Source: an uncultured delta proteobacterium
Lineage (GTDB): Bacteria; Desulfobacterota; Binatia; UBA9968
NCBI GenBank assembly: GCA_963816145.1
Contig: CAWFJP010000016.1
Span: forward strand, 50,780-114,779
Reading direction: 5' to 3'
Length of the DNA: 64,000 nucleotides
The position numbers and the translations under genes are program-made. Shown piece after piece: positions 9,544 to 20,052 of this stretch (position 1 is its first letter; every line of letters begins with the position of its first letter). The notes beneath the pieces were generated by a model. The model did not search any database and was not told where the DNA came from. It saw only the letters and a program-made list of their open reading frames with translations.

Positions 9544-10308
9544 CTACCTACCACGAAAATTCGCTCGCGCCTCCGGCAACCACTCCTTAATTTGATTGAT
9601 TCTCGTGGCGTCGCTTGGATGAGTCGAGAGAAATTCAGGCGGCTTGTCTCCGGGAAGCTTCGACATCCTCTCCCAAAAGGTAACCGCACCGGTAGGATCG
9701 TAGCCCGCTTTGGCCATTAACGTTAAGCCGATGCGGTCCGCTTCCGACTCTTGGGTGCGCCCCCAAGGGAGCAATACGCCGATGGTAGCGCCGAGGCCGT
9801 AGGCCTTGAGTACATCAGCCTGCATAGCGGGACTGACTTTGCCGACCCCGACAGCGAGCACTTGGCCAAGGGCCTCAGCGCCCAATTCTTGACTCATCCG
9901 TTCGGCGCCGTGGCGGGCGAGCGCATGAGCTACCTCATGCCCCATGATCACGGCAATTCCATTGTCGTCCTGGGCGATTGGCATGATGCCTTCCCAGAAG
10001 GCGACCTTGCCTCCGGGCAGGGCAAACGCGTTAACTTCCTTGCCTTGAAGGACGCTAAACTCCCATTTGTAATCCGGCTTCTCCGCTGCCGCTGCGATCC
10101 GCTGGCCAACTCGGCGTAGTTGGGCCTGCCAATCTTTTCGCGTCGATAAGCGTTCCTTGCTTAGAGTTTCTTTATAAGCATCATCGCCGAGCTTAAGTTC
10201 CTGTGACTCGGATACGACGATGAATTGGGAGCGCCCGGTCTGCTGGACCGTTTGACATGCGACAATTAGAAATAAACCGACGGCACCACTTAGTAAGACT
10301 TTTATCAT
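9544..10308 (-). CDS. M48 family metallopeptidase lipoprotein
   Basis: Lipobox IVAC; NAFALPGG, HEVAH zinc motif, QESEAD, FLSTHP. Confidence 0.92.
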   Translation of the reverse strand: MIKVLLSGAVGLFLIVACQTVQQTGRSQFIVVSESQELKLGDDAYKETLSKERLSTRKDWQAQLRRVGQRIAAAAEKPDYKWEFSVLQGKEVNAFALPGGKVAFWEGIMPIAQDDNGIAVIMGHEVAHALARHGAERMSQELGAEALGQVLAVGVGKVSPAMQADVLKAYGLGATIGVLLPWGRTQESEADRIGLTLMAKAGYDPTGAVTFWERMSKLPGDKPPEFLSTHPSDATRINQIKEWLPEARANFRGR

Positions 10309-10753
10309 CGTTGCCTCAACCCTTATTCTGAGAGGATTTCCCCGCGCGGCCATAATACCGAGACCGTAAAAGCTTTAAAAGCCGTTCTGGGTTGCTAGCG
10401 GAATCGCGCCTGGCGAATGCTCTCCCGGCTCCACAGCACGTGGGGGGGGGTAACCAGCAGCGAGTGTAGCGGCACGCGGCGAGAATCTTCGGTGTGCCAA
10501 GCCATCATTTGCTATAGCAGGGTTTGATTACTTGCGATCGATCTTTGTCCCGCGTTTGTTTCATTACCAGTGATGTAGCATACCGCCAAGTTCTTCCATG
10601 GACTGCCACGGTCTGCCTTACCTCTATGGGGAGATTTCTGGCCCTTTTTGAGCCAAAGGCAGCGTTTGGAAGAATTCTACATTTTTGCTTGACAAGCTAC
10701 GAGCCTTATACTAATTTGGCCAAAAATTTGTATTTTTCATATGGGAGGCAGAA

Positions 10754-11467
10754 ATGACGAATAGCAACAAGTATCTAGCGTTAACCGCGCTAGGATTCTT
10801 CATGACCGGATGTACCGGTATGACGAAGACCCAAGCCGGGCTCGTGGGTGCTGCGGTCTGCGGTGCAGCTGGTGCCGGTGGCGGCGCGGCCGCTGCGCAT
10901 AACGGCGTAAACGGCAAGCATAGAAACGAAGCGCTCGGCGCCGCGGTTGTTGGAGTCAGCAGCGCGCTCATTTGCGGCGGTCTAGCCTATTTATTCACGG
11001 AGAATCCCAAGCCGCCGCCTCCACCGCCTCCACCGCCGCCTCCACCGCCGCCACCGCCGCCTCCGCCAAAACCAAAACCGGAAGCAAAACCGGAAGCGAA
11101 ACCAGCGCCAAAACCGGCGCCCAAGGTTGAGCGGACGATCATCCTCGATGACGTGCTCTTCGACTTCGATAAGAGCAATGTCAAGCCGGAAGCTGCGGCG
11201 ATCTTGGATCGTTTGGTTGCTTTCATGAAAGAGAACTCGGACAAGAAGGCTAACCTTTCCGGTCACACCGATAACGTCGGTACTGAGGCCTACAACCAGG
11301 CGCTTTCTGAACGGCGCGTATCTTCGGTCAAGGACTACGTTGTCGGCAAAGGTGTTGACGGCGGTCGTATCTCAGGACAGGGCTTCGGCGAGAGCAAGCC
11401 AATCGCGGATAACAAAACCGCGGAAGGCCGGTCTAAGAACCGTCGCGTTGAGATCAAAGTCAACTAA
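10754..11467 (+). CDS. OmpA-family lipoprotein with glycine zipper and polyproline linker
   Basis: Lipobox MTGC; VLFDFDKS, GHTD, NQALSERR, NRRVEI; 19 consecutive prolines. Confidence 0.93.
   Translation: MTNSNKYLALTALGFFMTGCTGMTKTQAGLVGAAVCGAAGAGGGAAAAHNGVNGKHRNEALGAAVVGVSSALICGGLAYLFTENPKPPPPPPPPPPPPPPPPPPPKPKPEAKPEAKPAPKPAPKVERTIILDDVLFDFDKSNVKPEAAAILDRLVAFMKENSDKKANLSGHTDNVGTEAYNQALSERRVSSVKDYVVGKGVDGGRISGQGFGESKPIADNKTAEGRSKNRRVEIKVN
11012..11068 (+). repeat. CCN low-complexity tract encoding Pro19
   Basis: 19 consecutive CCG/CCT/CCA codons. Confidence 0.9.
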
Positions 11468-11483
11468 GCCTATCTAACGAGAC

Positions 11484-11873
11484 ATGACTATGCGGATGCC
11501 AGGAAAGATACTGACTGCTCTCTTCCTGGCATCCGCACTTTTGTTTCCTGCCTTCGCCGGCGCTCAGGTTGCCAACTTCAAAGAGATCGATGCCAAGGTC
11601 CGCGAGTTCCGTAGCGTGCTGGATCAAGCTGGGGTCAACGGTACTCGTTTCTGGACCAGACTCGATAGCAGCAAGCGGCCCCATCGGCTGTTTGTCGGCG
11701 AAGCGTTCATGAACGCCGGCGACGACGCCAAGGAAAGCTTCATAGAAGTGTTTTCTCGCTTTCTCGCTGGTCATCCGGACAAAAACATGCTCATCGATAT
11801 CTACGATGCGAACACGAGTAAGCTCATCGGCGAGTATGGTTTCGGCGGTTTTCGCCTCTTTCCACCAAAATAG
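11484..11873 (+). CDS. Hypothetical secreted protein
   Basis: Signal peptide ending AGA-Q; 129 aa ORF immediately after the OmpA gene. Confidence 0.7.
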   Translation: MTMRMPGKILTALFLASALLFPAFAGAQVANFKEIDAKVREFRSVLDQAGVNGTRFWTRLDSSKRPHRLFVGEAFMNAGDDAKESFIEVFSRFLAGHPDKNMLIDIYDANTSKLIGEYGFGGFRLFPPK

Positions 11874-11995
11874 ATTTGTCGCCGGCGCTCTCGTGGCAAC
11901 GGACGGTTCGAACTTTTCTCACGACAAATTCTGGATCCTCCCTTAGCTTAGCGGCTTGAGTCGCCCGGTCTGTATCCATCGCCGGTTTGCAACCT

Positions 11996-13324
11996 ATGGA
12001 ACGGTCTTTGGCACGACTTCGCACGGAGGCGGTGGCGATCTTTAACGCTGCGGTTAAAGCCGTTGACGCGGCCCATGCTGTCAGACGTTATGTGCGAGTG
12101 AATGGTACAGCCATCGAAGTTGCCGATAGAATTTATTCGCTCGCCGACTTCCGTAGAATTTTTATCATCGGTGCCGGCAAAGCTGCAGTGCCGATGGCGC
12201 AAGTGATGGAAACGCTGCTTGGCGAGCGCCTTAGCGGCGGAATCGTCGTAACCAAGTATGGCCAAGCTCTGCCGTTACGGAAAGTTCGTGTCATCGAAGC
12301 TGCCCACCCGATCCCCGATGATGCCGGTGTGGAAGGCGCGCGCCAGATCGCGGCCATTGCCCAGCAAGCAACCTGGCATGATCTAATTTTTGTTCTGGTA
12401 TCAGGCGGCGGTTCAGCTCTGTTGCCGTACCCGATCGACGGGCTGAAATTGGAGGATACGCAGACCGTTGCGCACTTGATGCTGCGGAGCGGCGCAACCA
12501 TTCGGGAAACCAACACGCTGCGGCGCCATCTGTCGCAGATCAAAGGTGGAAAGCTCGCGCGGTTGGCCTATCCCGCACAGGTGGTCACTCTCATTGTCTC
12601 CGATGTCGTCGGCGACACTCTCGAAGATATCGCTTCGGGGCCAACTGCGCCGGACCCGAGTCGCTACACCGACTGTTGGGAGATCATTCGCAAGTATCGG
12701 CTCCAAGAGTCGATTCCCCCCGTTGTACGCGCGATCCTCGATCAGGGTATCAGAGGTGAGATCGCCGAGACCGTCAAGGCGGTCGATATCGCTTTCACTA
12801 AAGTTCAGAATGTCATTATCGCCAGCAACCGACTCGCGACCGAGGCTGCAGGATCATATGCAGAAAGTTTGGGGTATCGGGTCACGATTCTGTCTAACGC
12901 CATCGAAGGCGAAAGCCGCGAGGTCGCCAAACGACACGCGGCAAGGTTGAAAAATATTTTGACTGGTTCGAGGCCCGAATCGATTTGTTTTATTTCCGGC
13001 GGTGAAACCACAGTGACCGTCCGCGCTGACGGCATGGGCGGCCGCAACCAAGAGTTTGCACTTGCCGCGGCTGTCGAGCTTGCAGGTGCAACAGGGGTGG
13101 TCGTGCTCAGCGCCGGCACCGACGGTATCGATGGTCCGACGGACGCCGCCGGTGCGATCGTCGACGGCGCTACTTTGTCGCGCGGACGTTTGCAAGGTCA
13201 CGACGCGGCGGATTTTTTGGCGCGCAACGACGCCTATAACTTTCTTCTTGCCAGCGGTGATTTGCTCGTCACCGGGCCCACTCATACGAACGTCATGGAC
13301 ATTCAGGTGATGGTGGCGGGATAG
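11996..13324 (+). CDS. Glycerate kinase type 2 (MOFRL/TtuD-like)
   Basis: GAGKAA, HPIPD, SGGGSAL, KGGKLA, SGGETTV, GGRNQE, GTDGIDG and TGPTHTNVMD motifs. Confidence 0.92.
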   Translation: MERSLARLRTEAVAIFNAAVKAVDAAHAVRRYVRVNGTAIEVADRIYSLADFRRIFIIGAGKAAVPMAQVMETLLGERLSGGIVVTKYGQALPLRKVRVIEAAHPIPDDAGVEGARQIAAIAQQATWHDLIFVLVSGGGSALLPYPIDGLKLEDTQTVAHLMLRSGATIRETNTLRRHLSQIKGGKLARLAYPAQVVTLIVSDVVGDTLEDIASGPTAPDPSRYTDCWEIIRKYRLQESIPPVVRAILDQGIRGEIAETVKAVDIAFTKVQNVIIASNRLATEAAGSYAESLGYRVTILSNAIEGESREVAKRHAARLKNILTGSRPESICFISGGETTVTVRADGMGGRNQEFALAAAVELAGATGVVVLSAGTDGIDGPTDAAGAIVDGATLSRGRLQGHDAADFLARNDAYNFLLASGDLLVTGPTHTNVMDIQVMVAG

Positions 13325-13537
13325 TCCCGGACCCCGCAGTTCTCTGATCTCTGCGTTTCAACACGCGGTCACCGACTGCACTCCTAGCGCCCAAAGTTTT
13401 GTTCCCGTTGCCGCTCGCTTACATGACCCGCTTGCAGAATTTCTCCCGGACTGGGTATTGATTTAGAAATTTGTTCATGATTAGAGTGCCATTTTTCTAG
13501 TCCCTGGTCGTGGAAAAACAGGTTTGGGAGTAGGACG

Positions 13538-13750
13538 ATGATAGACGTGAGTCTGAAGGGAGTTCGTTGCCGCGCAGCGCAAGAGATCCTTGATATCGAA
13601 GGTACGGTCAGTGCCTCGACCGAGGGCACGATTATTTATGAGCTGGAAGGCGAAGGCGGGCAACTGGTAAACGTGCATTGGGATGACGGGAGTCGATCAC
13701 TGGTGTCTTCCGAAGAAATTGTCATCACCGATCTTGTCACGTGGCAATAG
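13538..13750 (+). CDS. Small hypothetical protein (SH3-like, reminiscent of DUF4314)
   Basis: Purine-rich RBS; GTII...VNVHWDDGSRSLV pattern. Confidence 0.55.
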   Translation: MIDVSLKGVRCRAAQEILDIEGTVSASTEGTIIYELEGEGGQLVNVHWDDGSRSLVSSEEIVITDLVTWQ

Positions 13751-13939
13751 AGCTGCGCATACTCACTGCGCAGCCGCATCGGGTCGTTCGGCAATTCGAC
13801 ACGTGTTTATTGCTCTCAGGCATCGCCGCCGCAAACCTAATAGTCCAAGTCCAGCGAACCTAACTCGCCGCAAAATTTCGGGGCGCAATCCAAGCTCGGG
13901 TTTTAGTTCGACTAGACGGGACTTCACATCTGCATTTTA

Positions 13940-14929
13940 TCAGTGAGGTTTGCCAGAAGTTTGCGCTAGGCCGAGATCGGCAAGATCCGATTTGGTAACG
14001 CGAACTTCGCAGCGGGGCAAGCGAGTCATATCGAACTGGGGCACCAATTCCTGTGCGCGAACACGCGTCGGCACGTCGATTCCTAAGCTGCGGGCGACCC
14101 ACGCGACGATTCGCTGCGGATCGGTACCGGCGGCACGGAGCCGAGCGAGCGACACGTCGTCACTACGCTTGGCAAGGCGTCGTCCCGCAGCGTCGGTGAC
14201 GAGCGGCACATGCCACCAATGGGGATGCGCGAACCCGAGTGCTTCCTGCAAAAGCCACTGGCGCGCGCAGCTTTCGAGCAGATCGGAGCCGCGAACAATT
14301 TCAGTAACGCCTTGGCGCGTGTCGTCGACAACAACCGCGAGTTGATAGGCCGGCATGCCGAAACGACGGAGGATAGGAAAGTCACCGATCGATGTTGCCA
14401 CATCGAACTCACGAACCCCCTGAATGCCATCTTCGATGCGCACCAGCTGGTTAGGCACGGCAAAACGCAAGGCCGCCGGCCGGCCGGAAGCCCGCTCGGC
14501 CGCCGCCAATGTTTTAAACTTGCCGCGACAGGTGCCGGGATAAATCGTCTCGGTCGACTCGCCATGCGGTGCGGACATTGCAGCTTGAATCTCTTTGCGC
14601 GTACAGATGCAAGGGTAGGCCAGGCCACGATCGACAAGCGCTGTGGCTGCGGCATTGATTTCGCCGAAGCCGCTAGACTGCACGTAAGGCTCGCCGTCCC
14701 AGTCAAGCCCAAGCCAGCGTAGGTCCTCGATGGCGGCTTCGATCATGCCCGGTTTGACTCTCTCGATGTCAAGATCCTCCAGCCGTAGAAAAATACGACC
14801 GCCGCGCGAACGTGCGTGCCACCAAGCAATCAGGAAGGATCGCGCGTGACCAAGGTGCAGACGCCCAGTCGGGCTCGGCGCTAGCCGGCCGACGCTAACC
14901 GAAGGCTTGGCATCATGGGCGATATCCAT
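13940..14929 (-). CDS. gluQ: Glutamyl-Q tRNA(Asp) synthetase
   Basis: RLAPSPTG.LHLGH, CxCxR zinc motif, YQLAVVVDD, RGSDL, RLAKR; no anticodon-binding domain (329 aa). Confidence 0.92.
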   Translation of the reverse strand: MDIAHDAKPSVSVGRLAPSPTGRLHLGHARSFLIAWWHARSRGGRIFLRLEDLDIERVKPGMIEAAIEDLRWLGLDWDGEPYVQSSGFGEINAAATALVDRGLAYPCICTRKEIQAAMSAPHGESTETIYPGTCRGKFKTLAAAERASGRPAALRFAVPNQLVRIEDGIQGVREFDVATSIGDFPILRRFGMPAYQLAVVVDDTRQGVTEIVRGSDLLESCARQWLLQEALGFAHPHWWHVPLVTDAAGRRLAKRSDDVSLARLRAAGTDPQRIVAWVARSLGIDVPTRVRAQELVPQFDMTRLPRCEVRVTKSDLADLGLAQTSGKPH

Positions 14930-15233
14930 CAGATGGTCGAATGATTGTTATGCAAAAATATTTTCTAACCCCGCAAGTTTCAAGTCGATGATCGTTACCG
15001 CCAGTCGTTCCGAACCGAATTCTCCCAATCATGCAGAATTCGGGGAGATTATCCACCGTTGGTGATTCGATCGTTTATGAGATCTGGTCGTTTTGTGTGA
15101 AACCGGTGCCAGCGAGTCCGACATTGAAAACGAGATTCCTCCCCGGCAAAGCCGAAATCCTGAGCGCAGTTCGCCAAACGATCAACTCACGTGCTTAAAT
15201 ACCAATCCTGAATTTACAGAACCGGTTTCAAGA

Positions 15234-15865
15234 CTATTTGCCTGCGTCGAAATCGACAAGTGTCGAGACCACATTGGTCTCGCTCCCCTCTTCCTGAAAC
15301 GAGACGATCGCCGTCACCTCAGGAGCGTAATAGTACGTGGTAATTCGACTTGAAGTCCCCCCTTACTCTTCGGACCAGTCGGTGCCGTCGTGGTCATGGT
15401 TATTTTGAAAGCGTCGAACTCTCCTTGGGGCGTTTTGATTTTCTCCCAGGCTTGCAGTTCGTATCGACCTTGTTCCTATCGCATCGGCAGCCTATGCGGT
15501 TGGAATTGATATTGGTCGGACCAAGTGAGACCGACACGTACAGGAAATTTTACAAGTTCGCCGCGCCATCCAGTCCTGCCTAGGACCACCGACACAATCG
15601 GTGGCGCATCCAGTTTCTTGGAAAGCTCACCTCGAATACCGAAGACTTTGGGATTGGCTGACTCAAACCTGACGATATATTCGGAGAAACCGCCGAACTG
15701 CGGTCCACTGATTGAAGTTCCTGTGGGACGAACGGTGTCGATTTTGATTCGCCACCAGTCACAATCGCGATAAACCGGAGCGTCGGCCTGCTGCGCTTGA
15801 GCGATCACTCCAACAGCAAGCAGCACCGCGACGACCAGGATTGATAGGACAACAGCCTTCTTCAT
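15234..15865 (-). pseudogene. Frameshifted secreted hypothetical protein
   Basis: Signal MKKAVVLSILVVAVLLAVGVIAQAQQ; continues in other frames as WEKIKTPK.EFDAFKI...YYYAPEVTAIV...FDAGK-stop. Confidence 0.55.
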
Positions 15866-16236
15866 GCCCACCTCGTTCGTGAACAGACTTGTCATGGACA
15901 CGGAAACTGTGAAAAGTGCTATTTACGGCAGAAGGAGAAACAGATTCATCGAGAGGGAAAAGGCTAAATTCGACGTAGGATTGAACTGAGGCGCTTCGAT
16001 ATGATCTCGGGCCAGATTGCGTTGTTGGAGAATGCAATTCAATCCTACGGTTGAGAACTGAAAAGAAGGGCGCTCTTGAAACCAAAACGCGGCTCGCTGG
16101 TACTTGTGTTTACGAACTTGGATGGTGTTGGTGTGGTTTATTTACCAAGCTCTTTTGCGACTCTCCACACTGCTGACAGAGTCTGCAACCACCAGACCAT
16201 GGAGGCCATAGGGTCGTTGAAAAAATAGGCAAAATC

Positions 16237-17590
16237 ACACCCGTCCCAATTAGGTTTTGGCAGTTGAGCCTCCCGTGAGTTACAGTTTGGGAAACTCTCG
16301 CGAAGTCGTCCCAACGAACCCAAGAAACAGGAGGCCCAACATGAATCGATTCTGTAGCATGTTCAGTCAGATTCTCCAACTTTTCCCGCGCAGCGACTTT
16401 CAGTTGCTGGTCAAAGAAACCAAGGCCGAGCGCCATGCCCGCGGCTTTAATTGTTGGAATCAGTTTATCGCGATGATGTTCTGCCAGTTGGGGCGCGCCC
16501 ACTCGCTGCGGGAGATTTGCCACGGACTATCGAGCTGCGAAGGGAAACTCTCTCATTTGGGAATCCAAGCGGCTCCCCATCGTTCTTCGTTGGCCTACGC
16601 CAATCAACATCGGCCCTGGGAGCTGTACCAGAAACTATTCTTTCAACTGCTGGAACGCTGCCACCGCGATGCTCCGTTCAACAAGAAGTTCCGCTTCAAC
16701 AACACGCTGGTGAGCTTGGACTCCACGGTGATCGACCTGTGCGTGAAGGTTTTCGACTGGGCCAAGTTTCGCCGCACCAAAGGAGCCATTAAGCTGCATC
16801 TGCTGCTCGACCATGACGGTTATCTGCCCTGCTTTGGGGTTATCACCGAGGGGAAAGTCCATGACGTGAAAGTTGCCTGGAGCCTTGCGTTCGAGCCGGG
16901 CACCGTGGTGGTCGATGACCGGGGCTACAATGACTACCGGCTGTTTGCCAAGTGGACCGAAGAGCAAGTCTATTTTGTCACGCGCATGAAGGACAATGCC
17001 CTTTACACGGTTCTCGAAGAACGTCCTGTGCCGCAGCATCGCTCAGTTGTCAAAGACCAGATAATTGTTTTTCCTGGCAGCGTGGCCTGGGGGAAATGCC
17101 CCTATCCACTGCGTCGGGTAGAGATATGGAACGAAGAAAAACAACGAACCCTGGTCTTTCTCACCAATCAGTTCGACTTTGGCGCCAGCACCATTGCCGC
17201 GATCTACAAAGAGCGCTGGCAAATCGAGTTGTTCTTCAAAGCGCTCAAGCAGAATCTTAAGATCAAGACCTTCGTGGGCACCTCAGCCAATGCGGTGAAG
17301 ATTCAAGTATGGACGGCGCTGATTGCGATTTTGATTCTGCGCTACTTGCAGCTCAAGTCCAAATTCGCCTGGTCGTTGTCGAACTTGGTGGCGCTACTGC
17401 GCATGAACCTATTCACCTACCGAGACCTGTGGAGTTGGCTGGATCATCCCTTTGAGACACCGATCCACAGTCCGCCATCACAGCAACAGGAGGTTTTGAC
17501 GTTTCAGTAATTCGGACAGCAGGATCGGGGTCTGGTTTCCAAAGAACTCCAAATCCGTCCAATTACGCCGGGAAATCAATGCCGGTAGGT
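16237..17590 (+). mobile_element. IS4-family insertion sequence (ends approximate)
   Basis: DDE transposase flanked by imperfect inverted motifs CCCGTCCCAATTA (~16240) and TAATTCGGACAGC (~17508). Confidence 0.8.
16341..17510 (+). CDS. IS4-family DDE transposase (DUF4372 N-terminus)
   Basis: AGGAGG RBS; SLREI, LDSTVIDL, KLHLLLD, DRGY and YKERWQIELFFKALKQNL motifs. Confidence 0.95.
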   Translation: MNRFCSMFSQILQLFPRSDFQLLVKETKAERHARGFNCWNQFIAMMFCQLGRAHSLREICHGLSSCEGKLSHLGIQAAPHRSSLAYANQHRPWELYQKLFFQLLERCHRDAPFNKKFRFNNTLVSLDSTVIDLCVKVFDWAKFRRTKGAIKLHLLLDHDGYLPCFGVITEGKVHDVKVAWSLAFEPGTVVVDDRGYNDYRLFAKWTEEQVYFVTRMKDNALYTVLEERPVPQHRSVVKDQIIVFPGSVAWGKCPYPLRRVEIWNEEKQRTLVFLTNQFDFGASTIAAIYKERWQIELFFKALKQNLKIKTFVGTSANAVKIQVWTALIAILILRYLQLKSKFAWSLSNLVALLRMNLFTYRDLWSWLDHPFETPIHSPPSQQQEVLTFQ

Positions 17591-18270
17591 TACAAACTTG
17601 GCGTGACGTCGATGTTCGAGTTATTCCTAATGGAGTCGACATCGGGGTATTTCGTCCTCTCGAACAAAGTCTTGCGCGCGATCTACTGCGTCTGCCACAG
17701 ACACCGAAATACGTAATGATGGCCGCAATCAAGGGACTAGATGATCCGCGGAAAGGGGGGCCGTTCCTGTTGGAGGCGCTGCGACGTATACGACAGAGGT
17801 ATCCGGCACAAGACGTTCGACTGCTTGTTATTGGCTCCAAGTTTTCCCACCAAGCCGGTGACGCCGGGATCGATATTCATTTTGCGGGCCACGTGCATGA
17901 TGATGAAACGATTGCACTCTACTATAGTGCGGCCGACGTGGTTGCCATTCCGTCGACCAACGAGGTGCTTCCCAACGTTGCCATAGAGAGTATGGCATGC
18001 GGCAGACCCTGCGTGACCTTCGCGATTAATGGACTGACTGAGGTCATCAGCAACGGGGAGACAGGCGTCTTGGCGCCGGCGTTCTCAATCGATGCGCTTG
18101 CCTCAGGCTTAACCGAGTGCATCATGAACCGCTCAACTTGGCATGAGATGGGCAAGAACGCGCGGGCAAAGGCTCTGCGCGACTATGATATCTGCCGGGC
18201 GGCACAGCAGTATTTGGACGTGTATGATTCGGCCATGAAAAAATTCGGAAAAACGGCGCGGAGCACATAG
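17590..18270 (+). pseudogene. 5'-truncated GT4 glycosyltransferase (WcaC-like)
   Basis: Frame reads ...VRVIPNGVDIGVFRP...DPRKG...YSAADV...PNVAIESMACGRP; N-terminal domain absent, abuts the IS. Confidence 0.8.
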
Positions 18271-18272
18271 GC

Positions 18273-19820
18273 ATGACAGCCAAACTTCTTGTGATCGGAA
18301 TTGATGCGGCTGAGGCATGTCTTTTGGAACAATGGGCGGCTGACGGGAGCTTACCCAATTTCGCAAGGATTGAGTCGGTAAGCCGTAAGTACCGGCTGCG
18401 AAACCCGTTGCGTACGCTTCCAGGGACGATCTGGCCCGAGATTACCAGCGGCATGAGCGCCGGCAAACTTCCTTTGTATTTTCACCCACGGCAATTGCAT
18501 ACGGGAGAGGCGCGTCGCCGCCCGGTTGCGCCGGACGAGTTGAACACTGAGCATTTCTATTGGACGGTAGTCGGCCGGTCGGGGCGTAGGGTTGCCGTTA
18601 TCGACCAAGTACAGACTGTGCTCGCGCCAAGTTTCAACGGGATCCAGGTAGTCGAATGGGGACTTCACGATCCGACTTACGGTTTTGCAACGGATCCGCC
18701 GAGTTTGGCAGATGAGATTCGCAACCGATACGGGATGCACCCCGGTCATCCGACACGTTCATGCGATGCGCATAGTGGGACCAGAGATGGTTACGAGCAG
18801 CTGTTGCAGCGCCTATTGAAAGGCATCGCGAGAAAATCAGAGTTGTTGGTTGATTTGTTTGCGCGAGAATCGTGGGATCTGTTTACATGCACCTTTGGTG
18901 AGGCACACTGCGCGGGACATCAGCTGTGGCATTTTCACGACCCGGCCTCGCCGTCGCACGATCCAGATGCACCACCGCATCTGAAGACCGGGCTCAGGTC
19001 GGTCTATCAGCAAATCGATAATGGCGTGGGGGTTCTCCTCGGCGCTACCTCCACTGACACCACCATTTTAGTTTTCACGAGTCACGGCATGGGTCCATAT
19101 ATCGGGGGTCCACAGATGTTGCCGGAGGTATTGGCGCGCCTGGGACTGACGTCAGGTGGAGATTCGGCATTTGCACGTTGTATGCGCCGGGCTAAGGCGA
19201 AAGCGTTGCACATGCCGAAACAGTTGCACTCGTTACTGAGGCCGGTGCTCGAGGTATGGCCCTTGAAGCGGATTCAAGAGGCGACCGGCAGTTTACTTGA
19301 CCCTCTGGAGTCGCCATGCACCCGAGCTACATCGTTGATTAACAACCGCTGCGGCGCAATCCGCTTGAATCTGAAAGGACGAGAACCGTTCGGAGGCGTT
19401 GAACCAGGCTTGGAAGCTGAGCGGTTGGTCGACCTGATAAGGCAGGAGTTGCGAGCTCTCAAAGAACCACGGACGTATCAGCCGATCGTTGATGAGGTCG
19501 TGACAGCCACTGAAGTGTTTGGCAGCGACCACCATGAAGATGTTCCCGATATCATGGTGGCGTTTCGTACTGACCTCGGGGCGCTCGACCACTGGGCTTC
19601 TGAGTCTGTCGGCTTGGTTCGAGTTGCCATCAATTATACCGGATATCCGAGGACCGGTGATCATACGACCGAGTCGCGGCTTTGGATTTTGGGGCCGCGA
19701 GTTCGGCCCGGCGTATCGAGCAGCCAAGGTGACGTATTGGATATCGCCCCAACGGTCCTGTCACTGCTAGACGTACCGCTGCCGGAGTGGTTCGAGGGGC
19801 GACCGTTATCACTCAGTTAG
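18273..19820 (+). CDS. Alkaline-phosphatase-superfamily phosphodiesterase/phosphomutase-like protein
   Basis: VIGIDAA, WPEITSG, HCAGHQLW, TSHGM, TGDH and DIAPTVL motifs. Confidence 0.8.
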   Translation: MTAKLLVIGIDAAEACLLEQWAADGSLPNFARIESVSRKYRLRNPLRTLPGTIWPEITSGMSAGKLPLYFHPRQLHTGEARRRPVAPDELNTEHFYWTVVGRSGRRVAVIDQVQTVLAPSFNGIQVVEWGLHDPTYGFATDPPSLADEIRNRYGMHPGHPTRSCDAHSGTRDGYEQLLQRLLKGIARKSELLVDLFARESWDLFTCTFGEAHCAGHQLWHFHDPASPSHDPDAPPHLKTGLRSVYQQIDNGVGVLLGATSTDTTILVFTSHGMGPYIGGPQMLPEVLARLGLTSGGDSAFARCMRRAKAKALHMPKQLHSLLRPVLEVWPLKRIQEATGSLLDPLESPCTRATSLINNRCGAIRLNLKGREPFGGVEPGLEAERLVDLIRQELRALKEPRTYQPIVDEVVTATEVFGSDHHEDVPDIMVAFRTDLGALDHWASESVGLVRVAINYTGYPRTGDHTTESRLWILGPRVRPGVSSSQGDVLDIAPTVLSLLDVPLPEWFEGRPLSLS

Positions 19821-19953
19821 ATGCCCTACGGATCTCCGTCCGACCGACCGCGAAACCGTTAGGATTGAACTGTAACTATGGAGGTGTTTCTCTGACCACA
19901 GAATGTTCATCAACTCAATCCCGCACCAAATAGCAACCCGGCGCGATTGCGAT

Positions 19954-20040
19954 TGACAGCTTTCGGCGACGGTACGAGCGTCGCACAGGCAATTCCACGG
20001 GTGGATTCCGTCTGACGCTGCTCAGGCTGGCAACTCTAGA
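19954..20040 (+). ncRNA. Candidate structured cis-regulatory leader RNA
   Basis: Nested complementary segments GCGACG/CGTCGC, CAGGC/GTCTG, TCCAC/GTGGA, CAGC/GCTG and alternative AGCGTC/GACGCT, just 5' of a terminator. Confidence 0.4.
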
Positions 20041-20052
20041 TTGACACTATTC

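Noticed and set aside
11996-13324. Glycerate kinase as part of the FkbH glyceryl pathway
   Set aside because: It sits in the core GC-rich block 21 kb away, outside the island; no evidence of linkage
15976-19872. 13-bp direct repeat TAGGATTGAACTG at ~15976 and ~19860 as att sites
   Set aside because: Exact 13-mer pairs are expected by chance in 64 kb; no integrase or tRNA nearby
19975-20040. c-di-GMP-I riboswitch (GCACAGGCAA resembles its 5' part)
   Set aside because: No GAAA tetraloop/receptor stem or GACGCAAAG core recognisable; kept only as an unnamed candidate
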